This document shows positions 51,414 through 59,640 of a stretch of 64,000 nt of DNA, piece after piece. Under the pieces are notes generated by a model. That model was not told where the DNA came from and ran no database searches. It saw only the letters and a program-made list of their open reading frames with translations. Positions within the stretch are counted from its first letter, which is position 1. The number at the start of each line of letters is the position of its first letter. Origin of the DNA: Planctomycetota bacterium. GTDB taxonomy: Bacteria > Planctomycetota > PLA2 > JAEUHO01. Where the stretch lies: the NCBI GenBank assembly GCA_020851795.1, contig JADZCA010000001.1, forward strand, positions 3,661 to 67,660, in the 5' to 3' direction. Position numbers and translations under genes: made by a program.

Positions 51414-54032
51414 CTACTTCGGCAGCGCCTTCGCTGCGGCGACCAGCTCGAGGAACTCCTTGCGGTAACCGCTCGGGTCGAAGCCGAGCCCCTCGCCGGC
51501 GAGCTCCTCGACCGCGTCGAACGACGCGTGCCCCGCGTACGCCGAGCCCTTCAGCAGCATCGCGAACGACGCGACGGCCGCGGCGAACTTGAAGTCGGGG
51601 CTCGCCTTGGCGTACTCCGGGACGACGCGGAGCATCGGGTGCTCGCGGCGCGTGCTCGTCGTCCCGGTCGGCTCCTTCCAACGGACCTTGACGGTGAGCA
51701 GCTCGGGGATCTCGACCACGACGGGCGGCGACTCGGTCCGCGGGCCGCCGGGGACGTAGATCGGCGGGGGCGGCGGGACGGGCGGCAGCGCGGGGGCCGG
51801 CTGGGGGCCGTAGCGCAGCGGCTCGACGCCGTCGGGGCCGACGCCCGCCGCGCGGTCCTCCGCGCCGACGGGCACGACCTCGTAGAGCGCGGTCACGGTG
51901 TGGCCCGCGCCGACCTCGCCGGCGTCCTTGGTGTCGTCGGCGAAGTCGCGGGCCGCGAGGCGGCGGTTGTCGTAGCCGACGAGGCGGTAGGACGACACGA
52001 CCGCCGGGTTGAACTCGACCTGCAGCTTGACGTCCTTCGCGATCGTCACGAGCGTGCCCGCCGCGCCCTCGACGAGCACCTTGCGCGCCTCCTTCGTGGA
52101 GTCGACGTAGCCGTAGTTCCCGTTCCCCTTGTCGGCCAGCATTTCGAGCGTGGCGTCCTTGAGGTTGCCCATCCCGAAGCCGAGGCAGGTCAGGAACACG
52201 CCCGACTTCGCCTTCTCGGTGACGAGCGCGAGCAGCGCGTCGCGGTCGGTCACGCCGACGTTGAAGTCGCCGTCGGTGGCGAGGACGACGCGGTTGACCG
52301 CGCCCTTGTCGAACCGCTGCGCGGCGACCTGGTAGGCGAGCTCGATGCCCGCGGCCCCGTTGGTCGAGCCCCCGGAGCGCAGGCCGTCGATCGCGGCCTG
52401 GATCACGTCCTTGCGCTCGCAGGACGTGGGGGGGAGGACGAGGCCCGAGGCTCCCGCGTACACCACGATCGCGACGGAGTCTCGCTCGGCGAGGTCCTCG
52501 AGGAGCATGCGCATCGAGGCCTGGACCAGCGGGAGCTTGTTCGGCGCGTCCATCGAGCCGGACACGTCCACGAGGAACACGAGGTTCATCGGCGGTCGCG
52601 CGGCCTTCTCGAGTTCGCGGCCCTTGAGCCCGACGCGCACGAGGACGTGCTTCCCGTTCCACGGGCACGCAGCAGCCTCGAGGTGGACCGCGAACGGCTC
52701 GGGCCCGGTGGGCGGCGCGTAGGCGTAGGGGAAGTAGTTGACGAGCTCCTCGACGCGCACGGCGGCCTTGGGCGGACGCGTGCCGGCGCGCAGCATCCGG
52801 CGCACGTTGCTGTACGACGCGGTGTCCACGTCGATCGAGAAGGTCGAGAGCGGCGCGTCGGCGACGCGCAGGAAGGGCGACTCGACGACGTCGTCGTACG
52901 TCTCGCCCGCGGCGGGCTCGGCGGTCGGCGCGAGGTCGGTGGTCGAGACGAGGGCGTAGCCCTCGCCCACCTTCACCCAGCGCAGGCCGGCGGGCACCCG
53001 CCCGAGGCACTCCTCGACCGATCCGAAGGTCGTGCCCGCGTCGAGGCCGGCGACGGGAGCGAACGGGCGGTACTCGTACGCCACGGCGGCGCCCGACGCT
53101 GGGTCGAGTCCGCGCGTCGCGGCGGTGCGCTCGAGGCGCCCGAGGATGCGCAGGCGCTGCGTGGCGCCGTCGGGGCGGCTGAGGTCCACGAAGCCGCCGC
53201 CCGCGCCGCCTCCGCCGCTCGTCGCCGCGACGTGCGGTTCGCCCCCAACGGACAACGGCGACGTCGTCGGCGTGCCGCCACCCGCGCCCCCCGAGCCCGA
53301 CGCGGGATGGCCGGCGCCGCCGCCCGACGGGGAACGTCGGTCCACCGGGAGCGCCTCGCGGAGAAGGCGCAGCGCGTCGCTCGCCGGCTTGGAGCCGTCC
53401 GCGGCGGGCGTCACCACGAGTCCGACGCGCGGGCCCTCGACCGTGCCCGGCGGCACGGCCGGCAGAAGGGTCGGCGGTGCGTGCGAGGCGACGGGGTCGC
53501 GGCGGGCCGTCTCGTGGCCCTCGGCGCCGAAGAGGGGCTGGCGCTCGTCCCGCACGGCATCCGCATCGACGCGTAGCGCGAGATCGACCACCGGCGGGTC
53601 GAAGTCCTCCATCGCGTCGCGCAGGGAGGCGACCGACGTGGGGTCGCCCGCGCCGCGCCGCGCGCCGACGTCGGATCGCGAGAGCGTGACGAGCAGTCCT
53701 GCGGCGGTGGCGAGCCCCGCGGCGAAGGGAGCCCAGCGCCGCGGCCACGACGGCGCGGCGACGGGACCGGACGCGACGGTCGTGGCGGTGGGCGGCGCGA
53801 CGGCGGCGGCGCGCGCGGCCTCGAGCACGGCGGCGCGCTGCGCGGGCGCGAGCCCCGTGGTGCGCGTGGCATCGAAGGCGCCCCGGGCCTCGCGCGCGGT
53901 CGCGCGGATCGCCTCGACGGCGGCGGCGACTTCCGGGTCGGAGGCGATGGCGGCCTCGACGGCGCGGCGGTCGGCGAGGTCGCCCTCGTCGAGGGCGTAG
54001 GCGGTGACGCGGGGGTCGTGGGCGCGGATCAT
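51414..54032 (-). CDS. Membrane anti-sigma-like N-terminus fused to YfbK-type von Willebrand factor A protein
   Basis: The ATG at 54032 is in frame with track ORF 51414..54545 and forms an ATGA overlap with the ECF sigma stop. The TM helix is WAPFAAGLATAAGLLVTL. Motifs: STFSIDVDTASYSNVRRML, MIDAS FLVDVSGSM, ATDGDFNVG, and a C-terminal DUF3520-like region. Confidence 0.85.
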   Translation of the reverse strand: MIRAHDPRVTAYALDEGDLADRRAVEAAIASDPEVAAAVEAIRATAREARGAFDATRTTGLAPAQRAAVLEAARAAAVAPPTATTVASGPVAAPSWPRRWAPFAAGLATAAGLLVTLSRSDVGARRGAGDPTSVASLRDAMEDFDPPVVDLALRVDADAVRDERQPLFGAEGHETARRDPVASHAPPTLLPAVPPGTVEGPRVGLVVTPAADGSKPASDALRLLREALPVDRRSPSGGGAGHPASGSGGAGGGTPTTSPLSVGGEPHVAATSGGGGAGGGFVDLSRPDGATQRLRILGRLERTAATRGLDPASGAAVAYEYRPFAPVAGLDAGTTFGSVEECLGRVPAGLRWVKVGEGYALVSTTDLAPTAEPAAGETYDDVVESPFLRVADAPLSTFSIDVDTASYSNVRRMLRAGTRPPKAAVRVEELVNYFPYAYAPPTGPEPFAVHLEAAACPWNGKHVLVRVGLKGRELEKAARPPMNLVFLVDVSGSMDAPNKLPLVQASMRMLLEDLAERDSVAIVVYAGASGLVLPPTSCERKDVIQAAIDGLRSGGSTNGAAGIELAYQVAAQRFDKGAVNRVVLATDGDFNVGVTDRDALLALVTEKAKSGVFLTCLGFGMGNLKDATLEMLADKGNGNYGYVDSTKEARKVLVEGAAGTLVTIAKDVKLQVEFNPAVVSSYRLVGYDNRRLAARDFADDTKDAGEVGAGHTVTALYEVVPVGAEDRAAGVGPDGVEPLRYGPQPAPALPPVPPPPPIYVPGGPRTESPPVVVEIPELLTVKVRWKEPTGTTSTRREHPMLRVVPEYAKASPDFKFAAAVASFAMLLKGSAYAGHASFDAVEELAGEGLGFDPSGYRKEFLELVAAAKALPK

Positions 54033-54568
54033 CGGGCGGCTCCGGGTGCGGCGGCGGGGCGGACGCCCAGGCGCGCGCGCAGGGACTTCATCGCTTCGTG
54101 GAGCTTCACCCCGACGTGGCTGACGGAGAGGCCGGTGACTTGCGCGATGTCGGCGTAGGAGAGGCCGTGCGCGAGCTTGAGTCGGAGCACCTCTTGGTGG
54201 CCCGGCGGGAGCGTGGCGAGCACGGCGAGCACGCGCGACGCGTCGTCCTTCACGGCGGCGGCCTCCTCGGGGGGGGCCGAGCCGTTGCGCGGCGCGAGGG
54301 CGTCGAGGCTCTCGGCGTTGCTCCTGGCGGCGACCCGGCCCCGGCGGATGAGGTCCACCGCGCGATGGCGGCAGACCGCGTAGAGCCAGCGGGGGAGGAT
54401 GGGCTCGACGTGCGCGCGGTCGGCGGAGACGAGGCGCAGGAACGTGTCCTGCACGACGTCGCGCGCCGCGTGGCCGTCGCCGAGGACGGAGGTCGCGTAG
54501 GCGACGAGGGGGCCCTCGAAGCGCTCGAGGGCGTCTCGCACCCACGCAGACCGGTCGTCGGTGCCCAT
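54029..54568 (-). CDS. ECF-type RNA polymerase sigma factor
   Basis: The ATG at 54568 is in frame with track ORF 54029..54688, with AGGAGG 5 nt upstream. Region 2 is ARDVVQDTFLRLV and region 4 is LPPGHQEVLRLKLAHGLSYADIAQVTGLSVSHVGVKLHEAM. Confidence 0.9.
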   Translation of the reverse strand: MGTDDRSAWVRDALERFEGPLVAYATSVLGDGHAARDVVQDTFLRLVSADRAHVEPILPRWLYAVCRHRAVDLIRRGRVAARSNAESLDALAPRNGSAPPEEAAAVKDDASRVLAVLATLPPGHQEVLRLKLAHGLSYADIAQVTGLSVSHVGVKLHEAMKSLRARLGVRPAAAPGAAR

Positions 54569-54669
54569 CACCCTCCTGACGCGCGGGGGCCGGCCGTCCT
54601 TAGGCGGCGGTCGGCCGCCTAGCAAACCGCACCTGCGCGGCCCCCGCCCCCCGGAAGTCCCGAGCCTCT

Positions 54670-54918
54670 GCTCCGACCCCGCGCTCACCGACCTCCGGGT
54701 CGGAGCAAACGCTCACCGACTTCGGGGTCGGACCATCCGCTCACCGATCTCGGGGTCGGAGCATCCGCTCACCGACCTCGGGGTCGGACCACGTGCTCAC
54801 CGACGAGGGGGTCGGAGCCAAGGCTCACCGTTCCCCGCGCGGCCACCGCTCCACGGTCACGACGGGGTCCGACCCCGCGCTCGGTGACCTCGGGGTCGGA
54901 GCTTGCGCTCACCGTTGG
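54670..54918 (-). repeat. 28-nt hairpin-unit array C (reverse orientation): five phased units 54683-54822 + terminus GCTCACCGTTCC, then a short second sub-array 54855-54918
   Basis: The units at 54683-54710, 54711-54738, 54739-54766, 54767-54794 and 54795-54822 are each exactly 28 nt (GCTCACCGAnnTCGGGGTCGGAsCnnnn). Confidence 0.9.
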
Positions 54919-55055
54919 CGCCCCGGGAGGGGGCGGCGCCGCGAGGGCTGCCCGGGGGGCGGTCAAGCCGGCGGGGTCGGTCGGGCGCACCGGGGGGAGG
55001 CGCAGGAACCCGGGCACCGCGGCCGGTGTCCAATGCCGGCGTTCGGAGGACCGCC

Positions 55056-56297
55056 ATGCGCCGACTCGCCGCGCTCCCGCTCGCCCTGCTCGCCCTCGCC
55101 CCGCGCGCCGTCGTCGCGCAGGACGAGCGTCCCGCCGCCGGCGCCGCGGCCACCGCGATTCGCGCCTTCACCGCCGACCTCCTCCGCAGCGTCGCCGCCG
55201 ACGGCGGCAACCTGTTCGTCTCGCCGACGTCGATCGCGCTCGCGCTCGCGATGACGCGCGCCGGCGCGGCCGGCGCGACGGCCGCGCAGATGGACGCGGC
55301 GCTCCACCTGCCGCAGGACGCGGCGGCGGCGTTCCGCGACCTCTCGGCGGCGCTCGCCGACGTCCCGACGGTGCGCCAGCCCGACGAAGCGGGGGGCCGC
55401 ACCCAGGTTCCCGCCTACGTGCTCTCGATCGCGAACGGGCTCTTCTCGCAGGAGGGCTGGGCGTTCTCCGACGCGTTCCGCGCGACAATCGCGGACGCGT
55501 ACCGCGCCGAGCTTCGCACGCTCGACTTCCGCGCGTCGCCCGCGGCGCGGGACGCGATCAACGCGTGGGTCGAGAAGCACACCGCCGACAAGATCAAGAA
55601 CATCGTCCCCGAGGGCCTGCCGACGCCCGACACGCGGATGGTGCTCGCGAACGCGATCCACTTCCTCGCGTCGTGGGACGAGCCGTTCCGCGAGTCCGAG
55701 ACGCGCGACGCGCCGTTCACGGTCGCCCCGGGATCCGAGGTGACCGCCAAGCTCATGCACCGCACCGCGCGCCTCGCCTACGCCGAGACCGACGACGCGC
55801 AGGTCGTGGCGCTCCCGTACGTTCGCGGCGCGACGGCGATGATCGTCGTCCTGCCGAGGGCGAAGGACGGGCTCGACGCGCTCGTCCGCTCGCTCACGCC
55901 CGAGCGCCTGGCCGAATGGACGGGCGCGACGGGCGTGCGCAAGGTCGCGGTCGCGCTGCCGCGCTTCTCGTTCACGACGCCGTTGACGCTCGGCCCGGTG
56001 CTGCGCCGCCTCGGGATCGTGGACGCGTTCGACGGGGGCAAGGCCGACTTCACCGGCATCACGAAGGAGAAGCCGTTCTTCGTGGGCGAGGTGCTCCACA
56101 AGGCGTTCGTCGCCGTCGACGAGAAGGGCACCGAGGCCGCGGCGGCGACGGTCGTGATGATTCGCGCCGGCTCGGCGCCGCGCCCGGAGGAGCCGGTGCC
56201 GTTCGTCGTGGACCACCCGTTCCTCTTCGTCCTCGTGCACCGGACCACCGGCACGCCGCTCTTCGTCGGTCGCGTCGTCGATCCGACCCGGAGCTGA
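55056..56297 (+). CDS. Serpin-family protease inhibitor (secreted)
   Basis: The ATG at 55056 is in frame with track ORF 54903..56297, with GGAGGA 5 nt upstream. The signal peptide is MRRLAALPLALLALAPRAVVA. Motifs: NLFVSPTSIALALAM, INAWVEKHT, VLANAIHF, hinge EKGTEAAAATVV, PFVVDHPFLFVL. Confidence 0.92.
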   Translation: MRRLAALPLALLALAPRAVVAQDERPAAGAAATAIRAFTADLLRSVAADGGNLFVSPTSIALALAMTRAGAAGATAAQMDAALHLPQDAAAAFRDLSAALADVPTVRQPDEAGGRTQVPAYVLSIANGLFSQEGWAFSDAFRATIADAYRAELRTLDFRASPAARDAINAWVEKHTADKIKNIVPEGLPTPDTRMVLANAIHFLASWDEPFRESETRDAPFTVAPGSEVTAKLMHRTARLAYAETDDAQVVALPYVRGATAMIVVLPRAKDGLDALVRSLTPERLAEWTGATGVRKVAVALPRFSFTTPLTLGPVLRRLGIVDAFDGGKADFTGITKEKPFFVGEVLHKAFVAVDEKGTEAAAATVVMIRAGSAPRPEEPVPFVVDHPFLFVLVHRTTGTPLFVGRVVDPTRS

Positions 56298-56381
56298 CGC
56301 CCGCCCCGCGTCCGGCGGCCTCCTCGCTCGGCCCCTCCCCCGGGTCGCGGCCGTCGGCCGGCTCGGCGCCCCCCTCGAGGC

Positions 56382-56610
56382 GAGCGCTGGCTCCGACCCG
56401 GCGATCGGCGAGCGGATGCTCCGACCCCCGCGTCGGCGCGCGGCTGCTGCGACCCCGCGATCGGTGAGCGCGTGCTCCGACCCCGCGATCGGTGAGCAGG
56501 TGCTCCGACCCCGCGATCGGTGAGCCGATGCTCCGACCCCGCGATCGGTGAGCGGATGCTCCGACCCCGCGGTCGGTGAGCGCGGGGTCGGAGCAGGCGC
56601 TCACCGCTTC
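56382..56610 (+). repeat. 28-nt hairpin-unit array D: seven phased units (56382-56577) + inverted cap (56578-56610)
   Basis: I counted the unit boundaries by hand: 56382, 56410, 56438, 56466, 56494, 56522, 56550. The consensus is GAGCGnnTGCTCCGACCCCGCGrTCGGT. Confidence 0.92.
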
Positions 56611-56644
56611 GACCGGGGGACGGCGGCGGTAGAACGGGGGCCCC

Positions 56645-57382
56645 GTGAGCGACGCCCCGCGAGGATTCGCCTGCCAAGCTTGCGGCGCCCCCCTGCGCGC
56701 CGAGGACGCCGACGACGCCCGCCGCGCCGCGCGCTGCACGTTCTGCGGCTCGTGGACCACGACGCCCGGCGGCACGCCCCGCCTCGCGCCCCCGCGCCCG
56801 CTCGTCGAGCGGCCCCGCTCGATCCGCGTAGAGCCCACCGCGTTCGGCGTCCGCATCGTCCGCCGCTGGTTCTCGCCGGTCTTCCTCTTCCTCGCGTTCT
56901 TCTGCGTCGTCTGGAACGGCATCCTCGCCGGCTTCTACGGCATCGCGCTGCGCTCGGGCGCGCCCGTCTTCGCCCTCCTCTTCCCCGTGATCCACGTCGC
57001 CGTCGGGCTGGGCCTCGGCTACGTCACCCTCTGCGGCCTCTTCAACCGCACCGTCGTCGAGGTCGGCCGCGGCGACGTCCTCACCGTCCGCCACACGCCG
57101 CTCCCGTGGCGCGGCGCCGTCTCCATCGACGCCGCCGACGTCGCGCAGGTCTACGTCACCGAGAAGCGCACGCAGCGCCGCGACGGGCAGCCCTCGTCCC
57201 TCTACACCGTCTGCGTGCTCACCCGCCGCGGACGCCACGTCCCGCTCGTCCGCGGCCTGCTCTCCGAGCTCGACCACGCCCTCTTCCTCGAGCAGGAGCT
57301 CGAGCGTCATCTGCGCATCGCGGACCGGCCGGTCCCGGGCGAGGCGTCCCGCGGCAATCGCGACGACGACCCGTCCGAGTAG
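56645..57382 (+). CDS. Zinc-ribbon (CxxC...CxxC) membrane protein, unknown function
   Basis: Track ORF with an N-terminal zinc ribbon FACQACG...RCTFCGS. Two TM helices are present (FSPVFLFLAFFCVVWNGILAGFYGI and VFALLFPVIHVAVGLGLGYVTLCGL), followed by a ~100-aa soluble C-terminal domain. Confidence 0.65.
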   Translation: MSDAPRGFACQACGAPLRAEDADDARRAARCTFCGSWTTTPGGTPRLAPPRPLVERPRSIRVEPTAFGVRIVRRWFSPVFLFLAFFCVVWNGILAGFYGIALRSGAPVFALLFPVIHVAVGLGLGYVTLCGLFNRTVVEVGRGDVLTVRHTPLPWRGAVSIDAADVAQVYVTEKRTQRRDGQPSSLYTVCVLTRRGRHVPLVRGLLSELDHALFLEQELERHLRIADRPVPGEASRGNRDDDPSE

Positions 57383-57426
57383 GATCCCGCGGGCCCGCCG
57401 CCCTCCACGCGGCCCCGGAGGTCCTC

Positions 57427-59634
57427 GTGCTGCGTCGCCCCGTCCTCGCCGCCTGCTCGCTCGCCCTCGTCGTGGCGGCCGTGGCGCCCACGCCGTCCGT
57501 CGCGGGCGACGGGACCGCCCCGGGCCCCGCGCCGTCGCCCCGGCCCCCCGAGACGCGCCGCGGGGACGACGCGGACCCCTGGCACGGCGAGCGCGTCCCG
57601 GACCCGTACCGCTGGCTCGAGGCCGACGACGCCCCCGAGGTCGTCGCGTGGGACCGCGCGCAGCAGGCGGTCACGCGCGCCGTCCTCGACGCGGTCCCGC
57701 AGCGCGCCGCGATCGCTGCGCGCATCGAGGCCGAGCTCGACCTGCCCAGCCCGCGCTCGCTCCCGCGCTTCGAGGGCGGACGGATGTGGACGTCCGAGCG
57801 GGGCCGCGGCCAGAACCACCCCGTGCTCGTCGCGCGCGACCGCGACGGCGAGGGCCCGCCGGTCGTCGTGCTCGACCCCAACACCTGGAGCGCCGACGGC
57901 ACCGCCGGCTTGCAGCGCTGGGCCGCGTCGCCCGACGGTCGCTGGCTCGCCTACACCCGCGACGAGCGCGGCAACGAGGACGGGACGCTGTTCCTGCGCG
58001 ACCTCGCGGCCGGCAAGGACGTCGGCCTCTCCATCGACCGCCTCAAGTTCTCCGGGATCACATGGGCGCCGGACAGCTCGGGCTTCTGGTACACGCGCAT
58101 GCCCGAGCCGTCGTCGGTGCCGGCCGGCGAGGCGCAGCTCCACACGCGCGTGTTCTTCCATCGGCTCGGCGACCTCGTGGTGGACGACGAGCGCGTCTAC
58201 GGCGCCGGCCGCCCCGCGATCGAGTCGAAGTTCGTCTTCACGACGACCGACGACCGCGTCGTCCTGCTCGGGCGCGGCGAGCCGTACCGCACCAGCGACC
58301 TCTTCGCGCTCGAGCGCGGCCCGGCGGGCCCCGTGCTGCGCCCGCTCTTCGTGGACGTCCCCGCGCTCTCGTCGATCGACAAGGTCGGCGACCGCTTCGT
58401 CGTGCAGACCGACTGGGAGGCGCCGCGGGGCCGGCTCCTGTGGGCGCCGGTCGCCGACACCCCGCCCGCGGCGCAGTGGAAGACGCTGCTCCCCGAGGGG
58501 AAGGCCGTGCTCGAGGGCTTTGACGTCGTGCGCGACCGCCTCGTCGTGCACCTGCGCGACGACCTCGCGTCGCACCTGCGCGTGCTCGCCGCCGACGGGA
58601 CCGACCTCGGCGAGATCGCGCTGCCCGGCCCCGGCGTCGTGCGCGGGCTCTCCACCAAGCGCGACGACCCGCGCCTGTGGGTCGCGTTCGAGTCGATGGA
58701 CCGCCCGGTGAGCACGTGGGTGTGCGACACGTCGTCGCCGACGCGGGCCCTCGTCGAGGTGGAGCGTGCGCCGACGACGGTCGCCTCCGACCGCCTCGTC
58801 ACCGAGCGGCTCGCGTTCCCGTCCAAGGACGGGACGTCGATCCCCGTCTTCGTGCTGCGGCGCAAGGACGTGCCGCTCGACGGCCGCGCGCCGACCGTCG
58901 TGACCGGTTACGGCGGCTTCCGCGTCGCACAGCTGCCGCGCTGGGGCGGGCTGCGCGCGATGTGGGCCGAGGCCGGCGGCGTGCTCGTCTCCGCGTGCCT
59001 GCGCGGCGGCGACGAGTTCGGCGAGGCGTGGCACGAGGGGGGCTGCCTCGCGTGCAAGCAGAACACCTTCGACGACCTCGTCGGCGTCGTGGACGGTCTC
59101 GTCGCCGCAGGGAAGGCGTCGCGGGAGCGGCTCGCCATCGAGGGCGGCAGCAACGGCGGGCTGCTGGTCGCCGCGGTCGGCAACCAGCGGCCCGACCTCT
59201 GCCGCGCGATCCTCTGCGCGGTGCCGCTCACCGACATGCTCCGCTTCCACCGCTTCCAGTTCGCCAAGATCTGGACGAAGGAGTACGGCGACCCCGACGT
59301 CGAGGCGGAGTACCGCTGGATCCGGCCCTACTCGCCCGTGCACAACGTCAAGGAGGGGGCCGCCTATCCCGCGGCGCTCGTGACCGCGGGCCTGCACGAC
59401 GGGCGCGTGCAGCCGTTCCACGCGCGCAAGCTCGCCGCCGCGTGGCAGCACGCCACGACGTCGGGCCGGCCGGTGCTGCTCTCGATCGACCGCGACTCGG
59501 GCCACGGTAGCGCCTCGCGCAAGCAGCTCAAGGCCGAGCAGGTGGACCGCTTCTGCTTCCTCGTGCGCGAGCTCGGCGGGCCCTCGGGCTTCGACGCGCC
59601 GCCGGGCCCGGCAGGGGCGTCGGCGCCGCGGTGA
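57427..59634 (+). CDS. Prolyl oligopeptidase (S9A family), secreted
   Basis: The GTG at 57427 is in frame with track ORF 56548..59634, with GGAGG 5 nt upstream. Motifs: VPDPYRWLE signature, catalytic Ser in IEGGSNGGLLV, Asp in GLHDGRV, His in DSGHG. Confidence 0.92.
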   Translation: MLRRPVLAACSLALVVAAVAPTPSVAGDGTAPGPAPSPRPPETRRGDDADPWHGERVPDPYRWLEADDAPEVVAWDRAQQAVTRAVLDAVPQRAAIAARIEAELDLPSPRSLPRFEGGRMWTSERGRGQNHPVLVARDRDGEGPPVVVLDPNTWSADGTAGLQRWAASPDGRWLAYTRDERGNEDGTLFLRDLAAGKDVGLSIDRLKFSGITWAPDSSGFWYTRMPEPSSVPAGEAQLHTRVFFHRLGDLVVDDERVYGAGRPAIESKFVFTTTDDRVVLLGRGEPYRTSDLFALERGPAGPVLRPLFVDVPALSSIDKVGDRFVVQTDWEAPRGRLLWAPVADTPPAAQWKTLLPEGKAVLEGFDVVRDRLVVHLRDDLASHLRVLAADGTDLGEIALPGPGVVRGLSTKRDDPRLWVAFESMDRPVSTWVCDTSSPTRALVEVERAPTTVASDRLVTERLAFPSKDGTSIPVFVLRRKDVPLDGRAPTVVTGYGGFRVAQLPRWGGLRAMWAEAGGVLVSACLRGGDEFGEAWHEGGCLACKQNTFDDLVGVVDGLVAAGKASRERLAIEGGSNGGLLVAAVGNQRPDLCRAILCAVPLTDMLRFHRFQFAKIWTKEYGDPDVEAEYRWIRPYSPVHNVKEGAAYPAALVTAGLHDGRVQPFHARKLAAAWQHATTSGRPVLLSIDRDSGHGSASRKQLKAEQVDRFCFLVRELGGPSGFDAPPGPAGASAPR

Positions 59635-59640
59635 CCGGCG
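59595..59640 (+). repeat. 46-nt block identical to 61769-61814 (3' end of POP gene, stop and GTGACCGGCG)
   Basis: CGCGCCGCCGGGCCCGGCAGGGGCGTCGGCGCCGCGGTGACCGGCG reads identically at both places. Confidence 0.9.

Noticed and set aside
54033-54545. The track ORF 51414..54545 read as a single 1043-aa protein.
   Set aside because: The part upstream of ATG 54032 overlaps the ECF sigma gene in another frame and is Arg/Pro-rich. An ATGA junction at 54029-54032 fits a standard sigma/anti-sigma operon.
37764-56610. CRISPR interpretation of the 28-nt repeat arrays at 37764, 41365, 54670 and 56382.
   Set aside because: The units are contiguous, with only 3-5 variable nucleotides between conserved cores, so there are no 25-40-nt unique spacers. 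Arrays are short (3-7 units), end in an inverted copy, and no cas genes are present. The lone Cas4-like nuclease at 32130-33071 is distant and unlinked.
54561-56644. Coding potential of the repeat arrays, for example track ORFs 54561..54887, 54793..55254, 37838..38194 and the N-terminus of 56548..59634, which give peptides like SDPALTDRGVGA.AHR.
   Set aside because: The 28-nt period shifts the frame every unit. These ORFs overlap supported genes or their promoters. Real starts with strong RBS exist downstream (55056, 56645, 57427).
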